The notes: generated by a model not told the origin, from the sequence alone. Shown: positions 21,754-42,448, counted from the stretch's first letter. The stretch is DNA of 64,000 nucleotides from Amoebidium appalachense (GCA_963693365.1 CAVNZM010000001.1:5472907-5536906); one strand, 5' to 3'. Made by a program: numbers and translations.

Positions 21754-21762
21754 GCCAATCAG
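21754..21762 (+). promoter_or_regulatory. CCAAT (NF-Y-type) box upstream of PUDP
   Basis: GCCAATCAG about 240 bp before the ATG; the same motif occurs upstream of two other genes in the window. Confidence 0.35.
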
Positions 21763-22000
21763 CAAAAACTTTCGCACTGTGATGGTAGTTCGAACCCTAC
21801 GAACCAGGCCAGCAATTTCTATCTTCACAACAGGGTCTCAAATTGTGTGATGAGGGAGGCTCCGTTCAAGAGTGCTGTGATCGGCCAGCTCAGGCATATA
21901 GCCTATTTGTCCACTTTTTCTTTGCAGCTGACCAAAAAACATCAAAAAACATCGATAGTGGTTTGGCAAGGACTTATCCCTTTCCGAGGCTATATTCAAG

Positions 22001-22145
22001 ATGGTGCCCACAGTAGCGTCCACGGCTGCGGCTGCAGTTACGGCGCAGCCAAAGATAACGCACGTGATATTCGACATGGATGGCCTGCTCTTAGGTGGGT
22101 GGACGTGGCGGGTGGGCGGGCCGGCGGGGAGCAGGTGGGGGTGAG

Positions 22146-22195
<50 letters not shown>

Positions 22196-22448
22196 GGGGG
22201 GGGAGAGGGGGGGGGGGGGGGGGGGGGGGGGAGGGGAGGGAGGCATGTAGGGTCAAGGATCTCGGATAGGGTGAAATGGTAGCCGGTGAGTGATGTTTTT
22301 TTGTTTTCTGGGGTGTGTGGGTGCATCCTTTCCGTTAAGCATGCCTGTCTGCGTGCCTGCGTCCATGCGCTTGTCCCTGCTTGGGTGTGTGCGTGCTGGC
22401 GTGTTGTTGTTGGTGGTTGTTAGTTTGATTCTAGTGAGGTTTGTGTGT

Positions 22449-22505
<57 letters not shown>

Positions 22506-23743
22506 GAGGGGAGGGTCAGACGGGCAAGAGGCTGGCTGTAGAGAAGAAACGGGTATGGACTTTGGATTCCTGGTTTTACCAGGGACCTTGACTTCGCGGA
22601 TTTTGCTGTCTTCCTTCTCTTGCACCGAATCTTCAGGTGTCGATGCAATGCCGTTTCTCGGTACATGAACTTTGCGTGATCTATGCTTGTTGGGCATGCG
22701 ATTGGCAACTGGTGCTGTGTCTAAGGAGAAGGCACGCGATTTCAAGAACATCTGGTCCAGGATAAACTGCCAGCATGCTCAGTATTTGCTTCTAGCGTTA
22801 ATTAAACGGGAAATTTGAGACTCGCAAAGGAGGACTGGTAAAGAGGGGGGAAGGGGGGGGGGATTAGGGGGGGGAGCTTGTGTAGCTTCCTTTCTTCTCT
22901 GGTCTGGTCTCTGCCTCCCACCCCCTTTCCCCGCTTTCCCCTACCTCTCCCTCCCACCGCCCCCTCCTCCCCCCCCACCCCCCCCACACACACACCCCAC
23001 ACACACCACCAACACAACTTCGAAACACCAAATCAGGTATACACTCCCCCGGCACTTTCTGCTTTAGTTTCTCCAGCTTTTTTTCACAGCAAAGAGTTGA
23101 ATTCATATTGCTGATAACAACTTCCTTTCGGCTGCCCAGACACGGAGACCATTTACACCAAGGTGACGCAGGAGATAGTGGCACCTTACGGCAAGGTCTT
23201 TGACTGGAGCCTGAAGGTGCAGATGATGGGCAAAAAGGTACGCTTTGGGTTTTGGTTTCTGATATGCGCTTGTATTTCTGCTTGTGTTTCTCTTGCCACA
23301 TCATTGACACCCTACAGCCGAAGGGGAGGGGGGAAGAGGGGAGCGGAGGGCGTTTGGGGGGGGGGGGGGGGGGGGGGGGAGGAGAAACCGGGAGGGGAGG
23401 GGAGGGGGGAGTGGATAGGGGGGGAAGGGGGGGGGGTGGGAGGGGCAAAAGTGTTACGCCACTGTGGTAGGCATCTTCTCCCCCCACGTTCTTCCTTCCC
23501 CTGTGTCGGCTCTTGATAGGGCGAGGTGTAGGTGGAGTGTGTGTATGTGTATGTGTTTGTGTGGTGTGTGCCTATGTGCTTAGAGGATGGACGGGAAGGG
23601 GGGGGGGGGGGAGGACGGGGAGGGGCGGCGGGGGGGGGGGGGGGGGGGGGGGGGATCATTGTTGTCTTCCCACGTATTTATTTGGTTCTTGGTGTTACTG
23701 TGTTTTATCTCTGGTCTTGCCCTTGAATGAATATGCTCCTTTT

Positions 23744-23838
<95 letters not shown>

Positions 23839-25560
23839 CACACACACCGAGGTAAGTCTGAACCCACACACCTCCATCTGCTCGGGATTGCTTTCCTGCC
23901 CTGCTTCGTTAAGGTGCTTAACATGCATGTGACTTGCGTCACTTGAACGTAATTGCAGTGCAATCAGCAATGCCCACTGCTATAATCGTTTGGTCGGTAC
24001 CAGAGAGCATGAAATGGGAGGTAGGATGCTATACACAGAAAGTATGCTATAAATATCCCGAAACACCCTTTCCCAACCCCCTCTCCACCACAATACATAC
24101 ATACACACACTCACACACACACACGCGCGCGCGTGCGCGCTCGTGTGTAATTTTTCCTTGGTTCCTGTGTACACAGGGTGAGGAAGCAGCAAAAATTCTT
24201 GTTGACACGCTCCAACTGCCCATCACCCCAGAGACCTATCTTGAGCTCAGGGAAAAACGTAACAACCCCCACTCTCCCTCCATTTCCCTAAAACCTTTTG
24301 TATCTCTTTTTTACCCCTAGGCCAAAGGTTTTACAAACACAAATGGAGCGTAGCCCATCACCACCATAGCCTCTATCCCAGACCCCATAAAGACTTGAAC
24401 CTTGCAATCTCATTTGCTATCCGTCAACTTCTGCCACTTCTCTATCGGCCTCGCTGTCCCCCCCCTCCCCTCCCCCCCCCCCCCCCCCCCCCGCCCTCCC
24501 CAGCCCCCGTCGCACTCACACACCCTGAACACACATCCACACACGTGTGCATGGTTGCGCACGCACACACACACACACATACACACACATGCAGGCAGGC
24601 AGGCGCGCGCACGCACACACACACACACACATACACACACATGCAGGCAGGCAGGCGCGCGCGCGCGCGCACACACACACACACACACACAAACAGTAAA
24701 TAAATGCGCACACGTAGACACGTACACACACACACACCCGACACACACATGCACATGGATACACACACTATAACCACAAACACCACCACTGCCACTATTT
24801 ATATCTGTGAGTTGTTTCCGCTCTCTTTCTCTCCCTCTCTCCCTCCCCCCCCTGCCCCCCTCCGTCAATCTCTCTTTCTCTCTATCTCTCTATTCTTCCC
24901 CCCCCCCCCCCCCTTCCCCCCCCCCCCAACCACCAACCCACCCCACCCACATTCCTTGCTTAACGGCTCTAGTTTGGGCAGCAATGTGTATGTGTAGTTG
25001 GTCATTTCGGGTTTGTTTCAGTCGACAATTGCACCTTATTTCTTCCTATTTCAATTGCCGGACCATTGATGTGTGTTGACTTAGTTTGGCTACGCCGAGC
25101 CAACACTCCTCTCTTCAATAACCGAGCCTAGTCGCTTCCACCACTTAAACTAGTCGATCATTGTAGAGTTCTCGTACTTGTATTTCGATCTTGATTATCA
25201 TTGATGAGTTCAACTAATTGAGGACCCGCCTCCAGGGCAAACTGAGCTTTTTGAGGCGTGTTCTGTTATGCCCGGCATTGCCCGTCTCATAAAGCATCTG
25301 CACAAACACAACATCCCAATTGCTGTCGCCACTGGCTCAAAGTAACACCCCCTCCCCCCCCCCCCCCCCCCCCCCCTTCTCATTCCCCGCCACTGGTTCA
25401 AAGTAATTCCCCTTCCTTTTCCTCCTCCCTCCCCCCCTCCCCCCCCCCCCCCTCCTCCTCCCCCTCTAACCTTTCCCCTTCCGCCTCCCCAACTCTGGTT
25501 AAAAGTGACCCCCCTTCCTCTTCACCTGCCCTCCCCTGCCCTCCCTTTTTTTTCCCCCCA

Positions 25561-25595
<35 letters not shown>

Positions 25596-25962
25596 GGGGC
25601 TTTGCCCACCTCCTCTTTGTTTTCCGTCCATTTCTCTCACACCATCTCCCCCCCTGCTCCCGCGGTCCCGCTTCCATGCAAATACACGCACATGGTCCTC
25701 TACACATCGACACACACGATGTTTACTGGGCTTTTGTACTGCTCTCTCTCCCCCCCTCTTGCTTGCCCTTTCCCTTCCTTCCCCCAAAATTCCTAACGAA
25801 CCGATAAAGTCTGGCACGCCCCTTATAGGGTGGTGCAAGGGGGCACATGAATAGCTAAATTGTAACATATTTTTTTGAAGCTATACCTTGTTCGTATATT
25901 TATGTGTTTTGTGTGAGGGAGGGATCGGGCGGGCGGGCGGGCGGGCGGGCAGGTGGGTGGGT

Positions 25963-26001
<39 letters not shown>

Positions 26002-26058
26002 GTCGATTCGATCGAGACAGTACAGGCACAGAGATTTTTTTTTTCTTTTTTTGGGTGG

Positions 26059-26093
<35 letters not shown>

Positions 26094-26470
26094 ATCTATG
26101 CGTTGATCGATCAATATGCCCCCACTTGCACTTGCACTTTTCTGCTCCACTATCTCTCCCTCTTCCCCCCTTCTCTGCGTCTCTCTATCTCTCCTTCTCT
26201 CTGCTTTGCTCTCCGTCTCTCTCCCTCTCTTCTCTCTCTCTCTCTTTATCTTTCTCTCTCTCTCTCTCTATCTCTATCTCTTGCTATCTCTCGCTCTCGC
26301 TCTCTGGCGTTCTCCCTCTCTCTCTCTTTCTCTCTCCCTCTCCCTCTCCCTCTCTCTCTCCCTCTCCCTCTCCCTCTCCCTCTCTCTCCCTCTTTGTCTC
26401 TCCGCCCCTCTCTCTCTCTCTCTTCCCAGCCTCCCCCCCCCCCCCCCTTCCCCTCTCTCCTTCCCCCTCC

Positions 26471-26501
<31 letters not shown>

Positions 26502-27541
26502 CACCACTACGACCCCCTCCCCTTCCTCCCCCCCCCCCCCCTCCCCACACACACACACACACATCACCATTACAACCTCCCTCTCCTCTAACCTCTTTTC
26601 CTCCCCCCCCCCCCCCCACCCCCCCCTCCTCCTGCTTTCTAGTGCCACGATGTTCAGCATCAAGACCACCCGCCACCGTGACCTGTTTGCACTGTTTGAC
26701 CACGTGGTAACTGGAGATGACCCGGCAGTGCGCCATGGAAAGCCTGCCCCTGATCTGTTTAAGGTGCGTGTGTGAGGAGGCGAAGGGGGGGTGGAGAGGG
26801 GGGGAGGGGGGGGAGGGGGGGGGGGGGGGAGGGGGGGCTGGTGTGGTTGGTATGATGGGTTGTATGAGGCGTGGTGGGTTTGATGCCGGGGAGGACAAGG
26901 TTGGAAAAAGTGGGGAGGAGGGGAGGAGAGCCCCGGAAAAACGGGGGGTTCCATGCCTTCCTAGTGCATAATAATATATACCCCTTCCCCCCCATCTACC
27001 ACCACCACCGCCACTGCCTTCCCCCTCTCCTCCCCCCTCCCCCCCCCCCCCCCCCCCCCTCCCCCCCCCCCCCCAATCCCCCTCCCCCCCTGCCAACCAC
27101 CACCACCACCACCAATGCGGCCTGAGGACGGACATGTTAGGAGCAACGGGCAGGGGAAAGAATTAATAGAACACTAACATCCACCCATCAATTTCTCCTC
27201 TCACCCCTTAATTCATGTCACAGACTGCCGCAGAGAGATTTAAGGTTTCACCTTCCAGCCCATCCCACTGTCTTGTGTTCGAGGATGCACCAAATGGGGT
27301 GGAAGCCGCGATAAATGCTGGAATGCACGTTGGTACAGGACCCCCTAAGTGAAACAGTATCTGAGTTGGGTTTCGTTAACGAGGGGAATAGGTCGAAACT
27401 CGGGTACTGTGGATGACGTGGGCCCCCCCTGAGGATGGGCTCTGCTTATTATGCATACTCTTTATGTATGGCTTGCATTCTGCATCGTGTTATCCGTATG
27501 TTCTTGTGTACTTCGTACTTTTTGACGCATTCAAACCCCCC

Positions 27542-27595
<54 letters not shown>

Positions 27596-27926
27596 AATCC
27601 CCTGAGGATTGGCTCTGCTTATTATGCATCCTTGATGTGTGCCTTGCACTCTGCGGTTTGTTTTCGGTCGTGAATGTGCACGTCGTACTCAGTAATCGCA
27701 TTCTACCCCCCACCCCCCCCCCCCCCCCCACACACACATGCACACACACACACAATATATATATTGAAGATTTGGACGGTCGCCATGCCACTGCACCTGC
27801 GCATTTGCCGTTTCGAACCATTTCTCTCCGTTTCGTTTGCATTTGCCTACTGGGCTCTCTGCGTCTCCCTTTTGCCCTGTCCCCTTTGTCACTTGCTGTG
27901 TTCAACATCATGTTCATCCCATGTAG

Positions 27927-27966
<40 letters not shown>

Positions 27967-28191
27967 ACACACACACAGACACATTAGCCAATTGTCTCCG
28001 CCACCCCGATTGTCTGGGCTGTTTGGCAAGGTGGGTTTGCTGTCTCTTCCAGTGTTTGGCATAGGGAATCCGATGGATTTACAGGTAAAAATACTTGTGT
28101 GGCTTGAGCTAACATCCTGCCCCTCTGACCGGGTCCCGCCCTTCCCCCTTCCCTCCCCTCCCCCCCCCCCCCCCCCCCCCCTTCCCCCCGG

Positions 28192-28264
<73 letters not shown>

Positions 28265-28382
28265 GTGGATACCAGATGATAATGTAGATCGCTCGCTGTC
28301 TGAGGACAAAGCATCCCAAGTTTTATCATCAGCCGAAGATTTCAAACCGGAAGACTGGGGCCTACCTCCGTTTGACGAGTGA
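22001..28382 (+). CDS. PUDP: HAD-family pseudouridine-5'-phosphatase (HDHD1/PUDP), 7 exons: 22001-22094, 23140-23237, 24177-24258, 25236-25341, 26643-26763, 27224-27332, 28264-28382
   Basis: HAD motif [17 protein letters not shown], motif [11 protein letters not shown], motif [19 protein letters not shown], motif [16 protein letters not shown], and the characteristic [12 protein letters not shown]-terminus. Junctions are phase-consistent. Confidence 0.93.
27347..27535 (+). mobile_element. Poly(C)-anchored element, subfamily A copy, 14 nt after the PUDP exon 6 donor
   Basis: Reverse complement of 4866-5056; ccccc upstream and a long C-run downstream. Confidence 0.85.
27599..27705 (+). mobile_element. 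Poly(C)-anchored element, diverged copy
   Basis: cctgaggattggctctgcttattatgcat...cgtcgtactc..cgcattcta followed by a C-run. Confidence 0.7.
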
Positions 28383-28534
28383 ATCGAGTTGCCAAGTTAA
28401 GGTACTAAGACACAAAGATGCATATTGTAGAATTAAATGTTACTAAGATACCACTAGTGCTGAAAGGTACCGCTTACGCGCAGACACACGACCACCCCAC
28501 CTTCACGCATGCAGGTCTGTTCACCTGAACCCCA

Positions 28535-28603
<69 letters not shown>

Positions 28604-30065
28604 ACAAGTACACACGTACACACGTACACACGTACACTCACGTGTGCATATTTTTTAGCTGCTGTCTTCGTTCATGCTTCCTTCTTTGCTTTGCAGGTTA
28701 TGCAGTGCCTCACGTACCTGATCTCATTGGCATTCTCCGTGTGGATTTTGTTGCTCTGTGCTGGGCTTTGCCAGTTGACAAACTTACTTAACTGAGAAAT
28801 CACTATTTACAACAAAAAATTTCAGCTGGCTCCTTTTTGTGTGTTTTAATAGTACAAAACCTCACGAATGCTATGAATGTTGGCATTTGCACTGTAAATT
28901 AATGGCATCGTAAATTTTTAAATAGAATCTAATGGAGGGCACGTGTGCAACACCTGCCCCATGGCCAGCTCACAAACTGTAATGTCATGACAATAAACTG
29001 ACAAGGTGAACCCAGCATCCTTTTACTGAGGCTATATAAATGGTCACCCCCAACTGTTCACTGGTTTGTGCCGCACACACGGTGACCTGCCGATGACATG
29101 ATGCGCAGTTCGGCATTGCATATTGATCAATATGCACACCGTGACTCACTTTAGGATCACTCGGCGCCACTCGGAAGTGGTTCTATCCACCGTGGCCATA
29201 CACAATGGTTTGGCGTCGTGCCGCAATGCAACACACTGCACTGTGCCACCGCCCAGGCAGCTGCAGTTCAAACACCCGGTGACATAACGGCCCGTGCACA
29301 CACACACAGAGAGAGATCATGGGCTACATGAAGAAAGAGACAGGCGCACACGAACACCGGCAACACACGCACAGTACACTGTAGTCACCGGCGCACTGCA
29401 AACACATATGCACACACTGCACACACACATGCCGCGTACACACACACACACACTGCACATACGTGGTGACGCACACACATGTGTACACACCCACACACAC
29501 ACTGTGTCACATACGTATAACACACATGTGCACGCACATACGCACAGACACGTGCACACACACAGTCACACACGTGCACGTGTCACACGTACACACACAC
29601 ACTTTGACACACACATACGCAGTGACACGCGTGTACACCCATGCCCACCCACCCACCCACACACACACACACACCCACACACACACACACACACACACAT
29701 TCACACTGACACAGTGGTGACTGCCGTGCATATGGCCAGCCGGGTTTCCCGGAAGTTTTGGTGTGTGAACGCGTATGTGCGTGTGTACGTGTGTGCAGTG
29801 TGTCACCGTGACACACCGGTGGCACATAGGGGCAATGACTTCTCGCCTGAACCGTGGCCGGACAGTGTGACGCCGCGCCAGGGTGCCGACGGCCCAGTGA
29901 CTGCCCAGACCAGGCCCCCTGCCTCCAGAAGGCGGCCTTGCTGATCAGCCAAGTGACACCGCTGACGAACGGTTCACAAGCAGCCACCGCAATAATAATA
30001 GCCGCGCTGCCACAGGGCCACAAAGATGTAAAGATGTCCCTGAGTTCCTAAAGAGCGTCTATAAC

Positions 30066-30103
<38 letters not shown>

Positions 30104-30497
30104 CCAGTAACCATAGCAGGTGGAAATAATTAAATTCACTACTTATAAGTAACTATCCACTATAGTAGCCTGAGCTGCCTGTCGCAGCTTTGCTGAACAA
30201 CGTGGATTTCGTACCCTGCGAACGATTCCGATGCTGCAATGCTGGTTGTTTGCTTGACAATGTGGGGTGTCTTCCAAATTTCCGAATGAAATTACCCTCC
30301 TCCTCTTCCCCCTCCCCTCCCCGTTCTTTGATTTTTTTTTTTCTTTTCTTTTTTTTTTTGGTAGGGTGGGGGTGTTTGTGTGTGTGGGCGGGCGGGCGGG
30401 CGGGCGGGCGGGCGGGCGGGCGGGGGGAGGAGGAGGAGGAGGAGGAGGAGGAGGAGGAGGGAGGGAGGGAGGGAGGGGGGGGGGGGGGGGGGGGGGG

Positions 30498-30533
<36 letters not shown>

Positions 30534-30568
30534 ATATGGTACATGATACAAACAGCAGCCTCACCCAC

Positions 30569-30665
30569 CAGCAGCTGCTAGAACGGGCACACCGACTCTG
30601 AGCATTTTGAAGTATTTGGTGAACCGCGCATCCTGGGACACAGTCATGGTGCTGGCTGTACGTGT

Positions 30666-30696
<31 letters not shown>

Positions 30697-31231
30697 CGTG
30701 TGTGTGTACGTGTGAGAGAGAGCCCCCCCCCCCCCCCCTCGTCCGGCCCCCCTCCCTCCCTCCCTCCCTCCCTCCTTCCCTCCCTCCTGCCCTCCCTTCC
30801 CTCCCCCCCCCCCCCCCCCCCCCCCCTCTCTCTCTCGTGTATACCCTCCTTTCACCACCCCCTCCCCCCCATCCCCCCCCAACCCCATCCCCACCCACGA
30901 CGAAAACAAGGACCTCCATCCCTTCTCCCTCAGCACACACACTCACTCACAAACGCACAAAACACACACACGCACTAACGCCTGTCGTACTTAATGGCAA
31001 TCTTCGTCGAAGGCCTCCCGTTCACCATTGTGATATCTCCCCAATCAGGTAACCGGGTTGAAGCTGTAATGCGTCCAGGGGGCCAATCATATGGCAACAA
31101 TCCCCCTTCACCCCAGTTCCCTACAAGACCTGGATTTGCAGCAGCGGCTGTCCCTTTGAATTCAGCCAAATTCCGTGACCACTTGAAGATGTGCCCCATG
31201 TCTGCGGGGATATTGGGGCATGGTTGATGCT
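30569..31231 (-). other. Two putative exons (31231-30980, 30655-30569) of an incomplete gene or pseudogene; the second encodes a WASHC3/CCDC53-like motif
   Basis: A phase-compatible join gives ..KIAIKYDRPSTMTVSQDARFTKYFKMLRVGVPVLAA, resembling the CCDC53 motif DPRYARYLKMVQVGVP. No convincing start or terminal exon was found. Confidence 0.4.
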
Positions 31232-31450
31232 CTAGGGGGTGCCTCCTTCAAATGGTTGCTGACGGGCACGAACCTGACCATGCATGTGGACTTCCCGAAA
31301 AATGTGTTTTTGAAAAATTTGTTTGTATGTATGCCAGTGTGTTGAATGTGTTTGTTGTTTGAGCCAGTGTTTATGTATGTTGTGCCTGTGTGGGTGTGTG
31401 CATGTGCATGTGTGTGTTTGTCTCACTCTCTCTCTAACCCTCTCTCTCTC

Positions 31451-31532
<82 letters not shown>

Positions 31533-32139
31533 TGTGTGTGTGCACGTGTGTGTGTTACGTGTCTGTGTGTGTGTGTGTGTGTGTGTACGTATGTATACCA
31601 CTCTGTGTGCTGAGACTTTCCGAAAAATTTCAAATCCTGGTGAGTTTAGGGGATATAGTGAGCCCCCCCCCCCCCCCCCCCCCCCAACCACCACCACCAC
31701 CACCACCACCACCAAAAAAAAAAAAACCTTCTCCTCTCCGGCCCTCTTTTGGTGTTTAGGTATCATTCTCCATCACTTTTTCTCTCTCCCTCCCACAATC
31801 GCCTCCCCACCCACCCGCAGCAGCCAGCCCCCCCTTCAACCCGCCCATTAATCCCTACTGCAAAAATACAGGGTACAGGGTTACACATGACGGTGAACAC
31901 CAAGAAAGGGACTAATCATTCAACGGCACACAGATTCGTACTACACATGCACACTCACATGCATATACCCACCACCTCCCGCCCCCATCCCCCCCCCCCC
32001 CCCCCCCCCGTTCTCCTCCACAATGAACACAGAAGCATAACACCTCTCTCCCTACATCCACTTGTGATTGCGAACACACACAGGCTTCTTCCTGTGTCAT
32101 ACATCTTCCTGCATCCACCCGTTGCCTTTCCTCCTCCAT

Positions 32140-32192
<53 letters not shown>

Positions 32193-33351
32193 CGGGTAAG
32201 GGAGGGGACGGGGGGGGGGGGAGGGAGGGGGGGGGGGGGGGGGGGGACCCACATGTGGCATGGACTCTGCCTTGGGCTCTGGGAACGTACGAGGTGGACA
32301 ACAGCAAGAGCTAGCAGTGATACAGGCAGTGGTGAACTTCATGTCCTTCTTATGGGCCAATTAAAAAAAAAAGACTCCAAGCAAACCCTTAAGTCTAAAC
32401 GTTCGCGTTCTTTCACGGTGACCACCGCCAAAGCCGTACATACATATGTTGCTATAAAACGCGTGGCCGTGTAAGTACATGTATATGGTGTGATATCTGA
32501 GAAGACTGACGTCTGGTGCTGTACTCTGGAAAATAGCAGGATAGAAATTGTGACTGCTCAACAGCTTTTTCCGATACCCGGTATGCAAGTGGATGGGTGT
32601 TAAACCTTCCCCCTCCCCCCCCCCCCCCCCCCCCTCCCCCCCCCCCCCCGGAGGGCCACTGGCCTGCCCTGGAGCCCTCTTCTCCCGTTCTCCTCTGATG
32701 CTCGTATCATGGCCAGCCTCACGTCAGCCCCTCCTCCCCCCTCCAACCACCCCCCTCCCTCAACCGCCCCATCTCTCCCCCCCCCCACCACCCCTTTCCC
32801 CCCCCCATGCCCACCCATCCACCCACCAACCCACCCACCCATGATTATCGCTAGCACGGCAAGGATATCCGAGAAGATTAGGCGCTGAGAATGACAAGAA
32901 GGACTGTAAAACTTAATCTGTGAAAGAAGCCGTCCAGGTCTGCACAAGAAGAACACGGGTGGGCAGGAAAGGGGAGGGGGAGGGGGAAGGAGGGAGGGAG
33001 GGAGAGAGGGAGGGAGAGAGAGAGAGAGAGAAAGAGAAAGAGAGAGAGAGGGACGGAGGTGGGAGGGAGGGAGGGAGGGAGGGAGAGAGAGAGAAAGGGA
33101 GATAGGGGGGAGAAAGAGGGGGGGGGGGGGGCACAGGCGGTGCGGAGAGGGATGGGGATGGAGGGAGAGAAAAGAGAGCCGGAGGGGGGGGGGGGGGGGG
33201 GGGGAGGAAGAAGGTTAGAGGGATGGGGAGGGGAGGTGTTGAGGGGAGAGCAACGCGAGATCAGCCTCCAGGATTCACTCAGAAGTGTCAAAATTGTCAA
33301 AGAGAGAAGGGGCAAGATCTCCATGCTTGTGATGTTTGCGTGTAGTTGCGT

Positions 33352-33445
<94 letters not shown>

Positions 33446-33616
33446 GTGTGTGTGCCACGGTGACTTGTGTCTGTGTGTGTGTATGTGCACACACACGTGT
33501 GCGTGCATGCCTGAGTGCGTGTGCGTGTGTGTGCGTGCGCACATGTGTATGTGTGCGCGTGTGTGCAAGCGTGTGCCGGCCTGCGTGAGTTTTTGTGTGC
33601 GTGCGTGAGTGAGTGA

Positions 33617-33695
<79 letters not shown>

Positions 33696-34081
33696 CACAG
33701 TGTGTGTGAGCGTGCGTGTCACACGGTGCGCGTGTGTATGAGTGGGTGGGTCCATGGAGAACGTCAAAGTGGAAGGGGTTTGGCTGGGGTTGGGGTGGGG
33801 TGGGTGAGGTGGGGGGTGAGGGGACGTATGAAGGTCGTACTGGGAAGTGGGTTTCACGATAATGCTATGTGGAACTCAGAGCAGTGATCATGAAACCCCA
33901 CGGCAGTCCACTGCCGGCTTCAAGGCTTCAACCGAACACGAACTTTGATTGCGCATACAAGTCTACATACTCTTTGTAAACAAGGTAGTTGAAACAGAAT
34001 ATGTAATATGACGTCAACATTTGTAGTCTTACGTGCCTAAATAAGTTTATTCTAAGATCAAAGCTGCGATTGGACTTAAAT

Positions 34082-34092
34082 CAGCCAATCAG
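34082..34092 (+). promoter_or_regulatory. CCAAT box upstream of the orphan gene
   Basis: CAGCCAATCAG in repeat-free DNA about 590 bp before the ATG. Confidence 0.35.
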
Positions 34093-34673
34093 GTGTCTGA
34101 GATCAACCAAGCGAGCTACTTAACTGCATGATTTTGACTAGGCTGGTTTTGTATAACTTAGATTTAAAATTGATGTACCGCTATGTATTAATCATAATGA
34201 CTGCATGGTCATTATAGTCAGAAAAGTGAGAAAAGAGCCATCCCACCTTTATAATTACCTTACAGACATCAAAAATAGATCTATATTCACAGATAGTCCC
34301 GGTTTATGGCTCTACGCCATAAATTGCACATGCATGGGCATCCGTAGGAGCGGATCCGGAACTCCGGTTAGAAGACATTTGACCAACAAAATTTATAATA
34401 GGGATGTTACCGGCTATAGCACATACCATTACAAAGTTTACATAGCGTAAATGTGGCAGGCACTGCGCGCCCAGTCGGCGATCGCATTCGTGCACAAACT
34501 TGTTCACAGAAAAATTTATTGAACTCAGAGGAGTCAGAGTTGCCAAGGGAGCTTTCTCTGAGATTTTGAAACCTTCTGTCTTTTAACTTATGCACAATAC
34601 CTCCCTTCCACAATACCTATATAGAAATATAAGCACACACGCAAAGAAGAGGGCGTAGTGCACAGTATCAAAC

Positions 34674-40256
<5,583 letters not shown>

Positions 40257-40594
40257 TGTGATATATTATAATTTGAGTAATCGATGACCCCCCCCCTTCC
40301 CCCTTGCCCTTTTTTTTTACGGGGGGGACGCAAGGTAGGTTTTTCGGTGCATTTTGACGTTAGGGAGTCGTTGGTGGTGGTAGAAGGTCGAATGTCGAAA
40401 CAGGTAGTGGTAGGGGGTTTGGTGTTGTACATGAATGAATGTATATGCATGGTCTCTGACATACAGACGCCCACACAAGCAGGCACACATGGAAAGCAGG
40501 CACGCATATACAGACACAAAAGCACACCAGATCACATACACACGCACACGCACACGTGCGCATGGCACAGCACACCCACGCACACACGCGCGCG

Positions 40595-40702
<108 letters not shown>

Positions 40703-41739
40703 CGCGCGCGTGACACGACACGACACGTGTGCACACGACGTGCACGTGCACAAATCTATAGCTAGTAGGATAGTCACAGCACATATACGGTTTTTGATGT
40801 GTGATCTCTGATCACAAAAGCAGGGAAAAGAGAAGAGCATGTCGTATGAAAGAGCTTGTAAACCTGTATTTTCGAATATGTGAGAAGTCCCCTTTTATGT
40901 TCGCCAGTGGGTAATGTGTAGAGCTGTAAATAGCATCAAACTGCATAGAAAATCGTACACGTGTTCACCCAACACTTACCCATGCTTAAACCCTCCTTTC
41001 GTATCAGTTATCTTTCATACACCCAGGTACTTCCTATCATGTAGGTTTAAGATGCAAACTTAGTGTATATGTTTGGTGTTGGTAGCCGTAAATGGTAATG
41101 GAGTGCCTAAATAAGGTCATATTAGACGTATTTTGTAGGTTTTTAGACTGCAAGCGAGTTGGTTGACCGACAAGCCCATGGCCACATCCAAAAGTATAAT
41201 ACCTTGAGTGTACTCTGCACATTTCAGGTGCCGACCTCGATATGCACGTGCACGTGGTTGTCTGTGCACGCATGCGATCGCGAGCGTCCACACGTGCGCG
41301 TGTGCGTGTGTACGTACGTGATTGCATGTGCCTGCTTGTGTGTGCTGCAAACGGTGTGTATGTATGGAACATAAATCACTCAATCATGTGGCTCTGCCAC
41401 ATGTAACAAAAGCTAACGGAACTTAAACATACACATGTTCCTAATCATAAAGACTACCTAAATATATTACCATTTGATCTGTGTATCTGCAAGAGCAACA
41501 AACCTGCCGATAAATTACCACACGCTACATTGGCATGCATACCGATCAATAGATATAGAGATGGGGTTTACGCTGTAGAGATAGCCCTATTCCGGCACTA
41601 GTGTGGTGTGCTACGATTGTTAAAATCTCACGCTATAGCTATTTGAACCTTTCAATCTGATTACAACCATAGAACCAACGTTGATACTGTGACTCGGCGA
41701 GCTTGAGTGAGAGCACTACAGCTAAGTATGTTTTTGGGT

Positions 41740-41816
<77 letters not shown>

Positions 41817-41906
41817 CTTGCACATGTGTGTATATGTGGTGGTGGTGGTGGGGGGGGGGGGGGGGGGGGGATGTGCATCAGTGGCCAAAACGGGAGCAAT
41901 TCCTCC

Positions 41907-41937
<31 letters not shown>

Positions 41938-42026
41938 CGAATACATGTACAGCTTTGGTGCTTTGGTGGATGGAAAAGTGACTCTGGCCATGATCACGCG
42001 CATATCATGGCGGGCGGGCGGGCGGG

Positions 42027-42061
<35 letters not shown>

Positions 42062-42098
42062 CCACTGAATTATAGAGGTATGTTGGGGAGGGGGAGGG

Positions 42099-42132
<34 letters not shown>

Positions 42133-42313
42133 CCCGGGGGAAGGGGGGGTACCACCAGGGCGGACATCGATATATTAACTACTCCAGCAAATTCAAAAAT
42201 TCCGAAGTACATGTTACAGTACGTGACCGTCGCGCCGGGGGGGAGAAAAGGAGGGGGGGGGGGGGGGGGGGGGGGGGGACCGGGAAGCGTCATACCCTGC
42301 CCACAGTGTGTGC

Positions 42314-42352
<39 letters not shown>

Positions 42353-42384
42353 ACCCTCTCTCCCTGTGTATGTATGTGTGTGTG

Positions 42385-42448
<64 letters not shown>

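Noticed and set aside
27361-27440. Hammerhead ribozyme in the element (GAAAC and CTGAGGA both present)
   Set aside because: The order and pairing do not build stems I-III; the bases after CTGAGGA do not pair with those before GAAA.
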